64,000 nucleotides of DNA, from the IMG/VR virus record IMGVR_UViG_3300035490_000050, positions 64,001-128,000 of that record; one strand, written 5' to 3'. Position 1 is the first letter of the stretch; the number at the start of each line of letters is the position of its first letter. The notes below the pieces were generated by a model, which ran no database searches, was not told the origin of the DNA, and was given only the letters and a program-made list of their open reading frames with translations. The position numbers and the translations under genes were made by a program. This document shows positions 58,268 to 64,000 of this stretch, piece by piece. This DNA comes from a virus.

Positions 58268-59645
58268 GAGAAAATCTACCGAGTTGGTTCAAATTCAGAA
58301 GAGTCCTATCCCACCACTCAGGCAGTCCACTCAGGAAACGATGGCCTGTCCTCGTTTCTATACGGAAGTATTCATTAAAGGAAATAAACCACCGGGAGGA
58401 CTTGAGGCGGCGCGTGGAACTGAAATCCACAAGACAATGGCGCTTTATCTCTCCCACTGCGCCCGTAAATCGGTAGGGATGGACTTGGATGCCTTTGAAT
58501 CTTTCAGTCATGGCGCAGGGCCACAAGCGGCTAGGATTCTATCAGGACTCCGCGATGGATTTGTAGTTGACCACGAACATTTATTTGCTACAGAACTAGG
58601 CATGGCTCTTGATGAGCATTTTCAGCCTACCGATGTGGCAACGGAGGTAGAAGGGATAAGCGGAGACAGTGGGTTGCCTCCATGCTATCAGGGAACACTT
58701 GACGGCGTGTACGTCTTCCGCACAGAAAACAAGATTCTAGTGGATGACTTCAAATCACACGCTCGCGCTTTTGAGCCAAGCGAAACAATGCAGGCTAAGA
58801 TGTACGCGCTTTTTATTTATCAACACTTTACATGGGTGGAGACTGTTGTATTCCGTTTGACTTTCGTCCGTTACAAAAATATGACTAGGACGGTGGAATA
58901 CACGCGCCAAGACGTTCCTAAGTTGATTGAGGAAGCGAAGGCTGCGAGAGAGCGCCAGAAAACCATCCATGTGAGTTTCGACGGCGGCAAGGAAATTGAA
59001 GCAATCTCAGGCGCTCAATGTGTCTACTGCCCTCTTCTTTCCAACCGTGAGTGCCCCATTAGCCAATGGAACCCTCAAATGCAACTAGAGCCAGTTGATA
59101 GGCTCCGCTATCTGCTTTGGTACAGTGCTTTTTCAAAGGTCAACAGCAAGACGCTGCGCGATTATGTTAACGGGACAGGAAAGAGAGTAGTTCTCAAAGA
59201 CTACAACGGGAAGGCTTACGTCTTCGGACCCGTCGAGAGTGAATCTAGCGTGTATCCTCTTTTCAGGACAACAGGAGAAAGTATCGCAACTAGGTGTGAC
59301 TGCGGAAAACAATTCGACTATGTTCCTGAAAATGGACTATGCCCAAAATGTAAGGAAGGAAGAGTCAGGCCGATAATGCCGATTGCGGATTTGATCGTAG
59401 AAGATTACGCTTTCGGTAATACAGGCGATACGGCATGGATGGGAAAACTGGTTATCTCTTCAACCAAGCTCAATAGCTATTTGGGAACAAAAAAGAGGGC
59501 GTTTCTTGACCAAGCCTGTCAGGACACCGCAGACAAGGTAACGAAGGCAACGCTCAAGGTGAGCAAGCCTTTGGACGCGGTTCCTGACGAGGAGCAGGAA
59601 GAGGACAGCGAAGGGGAAGGATGGGGAGATGAAGATGAGTTCTGA
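58260..59645 (+). CDS. PD-(D/E)XK (Cas4/RecB-like) exonuclease
   Basis: CPR..RGTEIH..GTLD..DDFKS..QAKMY..CVYC..C. Confidence 0.85.
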   Translation: MPKRKSTELVQIQKSPIPPLRQSTQETMACPRFYTEVFIKGNKPPGGLEAARGTEIHKTMALYLSHCARKSVGMDLDAFESFSHGAGPQAARILSGLRDGFVVDHEHLFATELGMALDEHFQPTDVATEVEGISGDSGLPPCYQGTLDGVYVFRTENKILVDDFKSHARAFEPSETMQAKMYALFIYQHFTWVETVVFRLTFVRYKNMTRTVEYTRQDVPKLIEEAKAARERQKTIHVSFDGGKEIEAISGAQCVYCPLLSNRECPISQWNPQMQLEPVDRLRYLLWYSAFSKVNSKTLRDYVNGTGKRVVLKDYNGKAYVFGPVESESSVYPLFRTTGESIATRCDCGKQFDYVPENGLCPKCKEGRVRPIMPIADLIVEDYAFGNTGDTAWMGKLVISSTKLNSYLGTKKRAFLDQACQDTADKVTKATLKVSKPLDAVPDEEQEEDSEGEGWGDEDEF

Positions 59646-59797
59646 GGTAGACGAAGGCGATCCGTGCCCTATAGATGGATGCGAAGGAAGGATGATCTAT
59701 CCTCCATCGGAGAACTGCACATGCTTTAAGAGTGCGCCGTGCGGATCGTGCATGGACGTGGTTTTAACCTGTAACACTTGCGGATGGGAGAGAGAAG

Positions 59798-61702
59798 ATG
59801 CGTCTGAAGAAACTGACACTCAAGGACTATAGGATTCATGAAAACTCCACGCTCGACTGCGGAGACGCCTCTTTCGTAATCCTTCGCGGTAAGAACATGA
59901 GCGGCAAGACGAGTTTCGCGGAAGCTTTGTCGATGAATCTTGCGCAGACAACTGTATCCCTTTCCAGTGATGGTAAAGGATTCCAAAAGAAGATTCGGCA
60001 AGGCGAGAGCAAGGCAATAATCACAGCGGAGATTCAGGGCACACATCTGTTGCGAAATATTGTAACGCTCAATACTAATTCGAGCGGTCGCACCGTGAAT
60101 ACTGAGTGCTTGGATGATCCCGATAATAGCAAAATTGTGAATGGATTCAAGAACTTCCTTGCCGACAGGAAAGCAGCGATGTTGATTGCCACGGCGACAG
60201 ACTACTTCTCACGTCTAGATGAAAAGGCTCAGACAGACCTATTAGCCAAGCTGGTTCTTCCGCCGCACTACGACTTTCCAAAGGACAAGACGGATGCCGT
60301 GGAGGAGATGTTAGGCGAAGGAAAGGTTGACTTCGACGCAGAGCCTTTCACTGTGATTACAGGTGCGTATAAGTTGCTCCACAAGGAGCGTGAAACGACC
60401 AATCGACAGGTAAAGGACTTCGTAATTCCTGACGCCTTACCTACGCCGAGAGGAGTAGACTCAGAATCTCTCCAAACCAAGTTGACTGAGATTAAAGCAA
60501 AGCGCCACAACCTGCAACTGGAGCGGGATACAGCGGTTGCAACGGCTAACAATATCGAGGTCAAGCGCGGCAAATTACAGACCAAGATCGAGGGTCTGAG
60601 AGCGGAGCTAGGTAAGGGAAAGGCGAGACTAGAGCAGCTAGAGACGGAAATCCTCAGCGCGGAACAGGTAAAAGGATTTACTGCGACCGCTGCAAAGGCT
60701 CAAGAATTAGCCGAACTCAACAAAAATCACGCTAGTTGGCTTGGTGGTATCCAAGTATCCAATGAGCAGATAGAAAAACTCAAAGGATTATTAGGCGATC
60801 AAGCCAAGTGCCCTATGTGCGAACAGGACATAGACGCTACCAAACTAGAAGCCATGATTAGCGATCTTCAAAAAGAGGTTGCCGATTCAGATCGAGAGAT
60901 TCAATATGTAGACAAACAGATCGAGGCGATAGGAGACATCGGAGCAGCAAAGGAATCACTCAGAAAGCATGAAGCGGCGGTCAAGGAAAAGATCACACTT
61001 GAAGCGTCTTTGACAGAGACGGTCAAGGCGGGTAAGGCAACCAAGGCCGAACTGGAGGCACTACCAGAGGCAGTCAACGCCACGCTCCCGTTCAACGACC
61101 CTCTGGCTACCCTACAGGCTGAGGAAGATAAGGTTAACGAGCAGCTACGTCCTGTCATTGCGGCTGAGGAGAGAGCGGCGGAAAGGACACGACTGACAGA
61201 GCAGTTGACGAAGCTGCAAAAGAAAGCGGCAACGCTGGATTCCCTAGTCAAGTATTTCGACAAAGACGGCGTGAAGAAAACCTTGATTGAGGAATATATC
61301 GGTGGTTTTGAATCGAAGCTCTGTGAGGTTATGAGCGCCTTTGGGTACGAATCCTCTTTGTCGGAAGACCTTCGCTTTGAGGTTAAAACCGCACGCGGAT
61401 ACGTTGGCCCGGTCAAGGAAATCTCAGGCGCGGAGGAACATATCTTCAAGGCGGCTTTCCAGTGCGCTGTATCTATCGCCGCAGGAATCAGGTTGGTAGT
61501 CATTGACGAAATGCAGGAGCTTGGTGAGGATATTCGTCCCTTCTTGTACGGTTCTGTCCTAGACTTGATTAAGCGTGGTCAGTTGGATCAGGCTATCCTT
61601 ATCGGTTTTAGTTTGGATAAGACTTTGCCTCCAAAGGAAAAGAGAGCGGAAGGTACGAAGTGGTTCTTCGTTGAGAATGGAACAGTGGAGGAGTTGAAGT
61701 GA
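59798..61702 (+). CDS. Rad50/SbcC-like SMC ATPase
   Basis: GKNMSGKT, coiled coil with CPMC hook, ISGAE, VVIDE. Confidence 0.9.
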   Translation: MRLKKLTLKDYRIHENSTLDCGDASFVILRGKNMSGKTSFAEALSMNLAQTTVSLSSDGKGFQKKIRQGESKAIITAEIQGTHLLRNIVTLNTNSSGRTVNTECLDDPDNSKIVNGFKNFLADRKAAMLIATATDYFSRLDEKAQTDLLAKLVLPPHYDFPKDKTDAVEEMLGEGKVDFDAEPFTVITGAYKLLHKERETTNRQVKDFVIPDALPTPRGVDSESLQTKLTEIKAKRHNLQLERDTAVATANNIEVKRGKLQTKIEGLRAELGKGKARLEQLETEILSAEQVKGFTATAAKAQELAELNKNHASWLGGIQVSNEQIEKLKGLLGDQAKCPMCEQDIDATKLEAMISDLQKEVADSDREIQYVDKQIEAIGDIGAAKESLRKHEAAVKEKITLEASLTETVKAGKATKAELEALPEAVNATLPFNDPLATLQAEEDKVNEQLRPVIAAEERAAERTRLTEQLTKLQKKAATLDSLVKYFDKDGVKKTLIEEYIGGFESKLCEVMSAFGYESSLSEDLRFEVKTARGYVGPVKEISGAEEHIFKAAFQCAVSIAAGIRLVVIDEMQELGEDIRPFLYGSVLDLIKRGQLDQAILIGFSLDKTLPPKEKRAEGTKWFFVENGTVEELK

Positions 61703-62081
61703 ACTTCAAACAGATCGCAGTCGCTGTTGACGCAGAGGGAAATGAATCTCTTTACGCCCTCAGCGAATCTGGTCGTTTATTAGTCAAGAAATCATCTTAC
61801 ACATTTGTACCAGATGGACGTGGAAACCGCAGGGAATGGCGTTATTGGTGGGAAGAAGTCGATCATCCTATCGGCGATCCAACGGCAAATACTCCAGTTC
61901 CGCAAGAGCCGGTGTTTAGGCATCTCTGGACCGATGAAGAGGTAGAAAAACTTAAAGCGAAAGGACTCATCAGTACGGAGCCTCCAGCATCCACGCCCGG
62001 AATATGTGTCCACTGCAACACGCCAACAGGAGACGAAAGCTCTGTTTGCAAGGACTGTGAGTACCCATTTTAGGAGAGCCA

Positions 62082-62567
62082 ATGAACGTCATCGACTATG
62101 TACGCGAAGAGGTAACGCGCCAAGGACACGATGTAGAGTCTCTTGACGGCATAGAGCGTGTAGGGTGGATGCTGGATGCGTGGAGCTACGCGCTTAGGAA
62201 GACTTCTATTTCAGACAGGAAACCGACGGTCAAAGATGTGATTGCTCTTGGAAAATTGGTTGAACGGAAAAAGAACAAGCAAGGACTGCGAACCTGCGGG
62301 GTTTATGTGCGGACAAGGACAGGGATAAAAAGATTTCCAGAATGGCAGGAAGTTCCTCGGCTTTTGGATATATTATTTAACCAGTGTCCAGAGAACAAGA
62401 GAGAACTGGAACCGCTAGAGTTTTACAAGGCTTTCGAGGGGATACACGCATTTGTAGATGGCAACGGGCGAGTTGGTAAAATCCTCTTGGCTTGGCTAAG
62501 TCACACCCTCTACTATCCTGAGTTTCCACCAAACGATCTTTTTGGAGAATGGATTGCAAACCCGTAA
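62082..62567 (+). CDS. Fic-domain protein
   Basis: [13 protein letters not shown]. Confidence 0.88.
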   Translation: MNVIDYVREEVTRQGHDVESLDGIERVGWMLDAWSYALRKTSISDRKPTVKDVIALGKLVERKKNKQGLRTCGVYVRTRTGIKRFPEWQEVPRLLDILFNQCPENKRELEPLEFYKAFEGIHAFVDGNGRVGKILLAWLSHTLYYPEFPPNDLFGEWIANP

Positions 62568-62581
62568 GAGAAAGGAAAGAC

Positions 62582-62788
62582 ATGAAAGGCGTTGTAATCT
62601 GGTTCAATAACAGCAAGGGCTTCGGGTTTTTGAAGCCTGACGACGGAAGTGCCGATGTGTTCACGCATTTCAGTGCCATCCAATGCGAAGGATACAAGAA
62701 GCTCGAACAGGGACAGAAAGTCCAATTTGAAATAGAACAGGGGCCAAAAGGAAAGCCGCAGGCCGCAAACGTAGTTGTGGTGGACTGA
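62582..62788 (+). CDS. csp: Cold-shock protein
   Basis: [24 protein letters not shown]. Confidence 0.95.
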   Translation: MKGVVIWFNNSKGFGFLKPDDGSADVFTHFSAIQCEGYKKLEQGQKVQFEIEQGPKGKPQAANVVVVD

Positions 62789-62789
62789 C

Positions 62790-63278
62790 ATGCCTGACCG
62801 CATATCCTTTACCGTTCTTGGACGCCCACAGCCCCAAGGCTCAATGAAGGGATTCGTCTTGCCGGGTAAAGATGGCAAGAAGCCACGAGCCATTCTAACG
62901 AGCGACAACACAAAGATGAAGCCCTACCGTCAGCAGGTAGGATGGGCCGCTCTGGACGCCCGTGCAAAGGCAGGATACGCTGGTTTATTTGCAGAGAAGC
63001 AAGTGGCGGTAGGAGTAGAAATGAAGTTCTACTTTGAAAAGCCTCCATCTATATCTAAGAAGCGCCAGCACATCTCTGTAAAACCAGATATAGATAAAAT
63101 CTGTCGCAGCAGCATAGATGCCATGACTGGAGTGTTATGGGCAGACGACGCGCAAATCATTCAATTGATAGCCTCAAAGCACTATGGAATACCAGAGAGG
63201 GCGGAGATTGTCGTAACTAATCTGGAGAGCACAGAGACGCCGCGTATGTTGTTTGAGAGTGGGTATCATCCATTCTAG
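62790..63278 (+). CDS. rusA: RusA-family Holliday junction resolvase
   Basis: KPDIDK..DAMTG..DDAQI. Confidence 0.9.
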   Translation: MPDRISFTVLGRPQPQGSMKGFVLPGKDGKKPRAILTSDNTKMKPYRQQVGWAALDARAKAGYAGLFAEKQVAVGVEMKFYFEKPPSISKKRQHISVKPDIDKICRSSIDAMTGVLWADDAQIIQLIASKHYGIPERAEIVVTNLESTETPRMLFESGYHPF

Positions 63279-63549
63279 GGAGAGGAATTATGTGGAAGTA
63301 TCTCAAGCGTGAGTTTTTTGGTTGGTTCTCAGGATTCAAGGACTATATCAGAGGGTTGGATTCCTGCGAACTGTGTGGAAACGAAATAGCCGACAATATC
63401 TGTGTAGGTTGCGACCGCAGGATATGTAATATGTGCAATTCAGGCTACTATGAAGACGCTGAGTTATGTCAAGCCTGTCGGCACGATATAACGCCGGAAG
63501 AGGAAGAAGAGGACCGCAGACTAGCGGCGGAGTTGGATGGAGATACCGA

Positions 63550-63999
63550 GTGAAAGCATTATCTCTCTGGCAACCCCACGCTCAAGCGATAGGATTGAAG
63601 TTGAAGCCTTACGAAACGAGAGGCTGGAAAACTGACTATCGTGGTCCTCTGGCGATCCACGCGGCAAAGAAACTTTTCAATTACAAAGACTATCTTCTCG
63701 ACTATTATCAGGAAGTGGGTAGGAGATTTAAGCAGATCGATTTTCCTCTGTACGCTCTGGACTACGGAAAGGTACTCTGTGTAGTCGATCTAGTTGATTG
63801 CGTTCCTACAGGCAAGCTGAGGGGCAGGATAGGGGACTGTGAGTTTTGGGGAGACTTCCGAGACAAAGGAGACGACGGCAAGGACAGGTATGCATTCAAA
63901 CTGGAAAATGTTCGATTGATTCCTGCGCTCAAACGGCCAGCGGTGACAGGACGGCAAGGATTCTTTAACGTACCAGATGAACTAATCGTTTGGGAGTAA
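63550..63999 (+). CDS. ASCH-domain protein
   Basis: LSLWQPHA..KPYETRGW..YRGPLAIHA..GRQGFF. Confidence 0.9.
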   Translation: MKALSLWQPHAQAIGLKLKPYETRGWKTDYRGPLAIHAAKKLFNYKDYLLDYYQEVGRRFKQIDFPLYALDYGKVLCVVDLVDCVPTGKLRGRIGDCEFWGDFRDKGDDGKDRYAFKLENVRLIPALKRPAVTGRQGFFNVPDELIVWE

Positions 64000-64000
64000 C

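Noticed and set aside
1-64000. CRISPR array, rRNA, DGR or retron
   Set aside because: No regularly spaced repeats, rRNA signatures or reverse transcriptase seen; Cas4-like genes are stand-alone phage nucleases

Overview
64 kb internal segment of a large dsDNA tailed phage or prophage. The host is probably Acidobacteriota, inferred from a diverged copy of an acidobacterial-type response regulator and IS1595 cargo; this is not proven. From left to right: (1) end of a virion/injected-protein module with a polyvalent ART-like protein; (2) a host-like island with IS1595 remnants and one complete IS1595 carrying passengers; (3) a leftward glycosylation cluster (about 7 glycosyltransferases plus UDP-galactopyranose mutase); (4) a 12.5 kb tRNA island with 36 tRNA genes covering all 20 amino acids, tRNA-like/Y-like ncRNAs, a TROVE/Ro60-like vWA protein and HNH/LAGLIDADG nucleases, followed by an RNA ligase; (5) DNA methylation, replication and recombination genes, plus a J-domain-kinase/vWA/PurA-like triad. 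Main finding: three tRNA operons are each preceded by a promoter, a 26-28 codon leader ORF (below the ORF-track cutoff), an antiterminator and an intrinsic terminator. Each leader's codons match the downstream tRNAs, largely down to isoacceptor. This looks like ribosome-stalling attenuation that supplies phage tRNAs when the matching host tRNAs are depleted. Second finding: three 77-nt tRNA-Arg genes have the D-loop relocated 3' of the anticodon arm, supported by covariation. All calls are manual readings of the sequence; no searches or folding programs were run.
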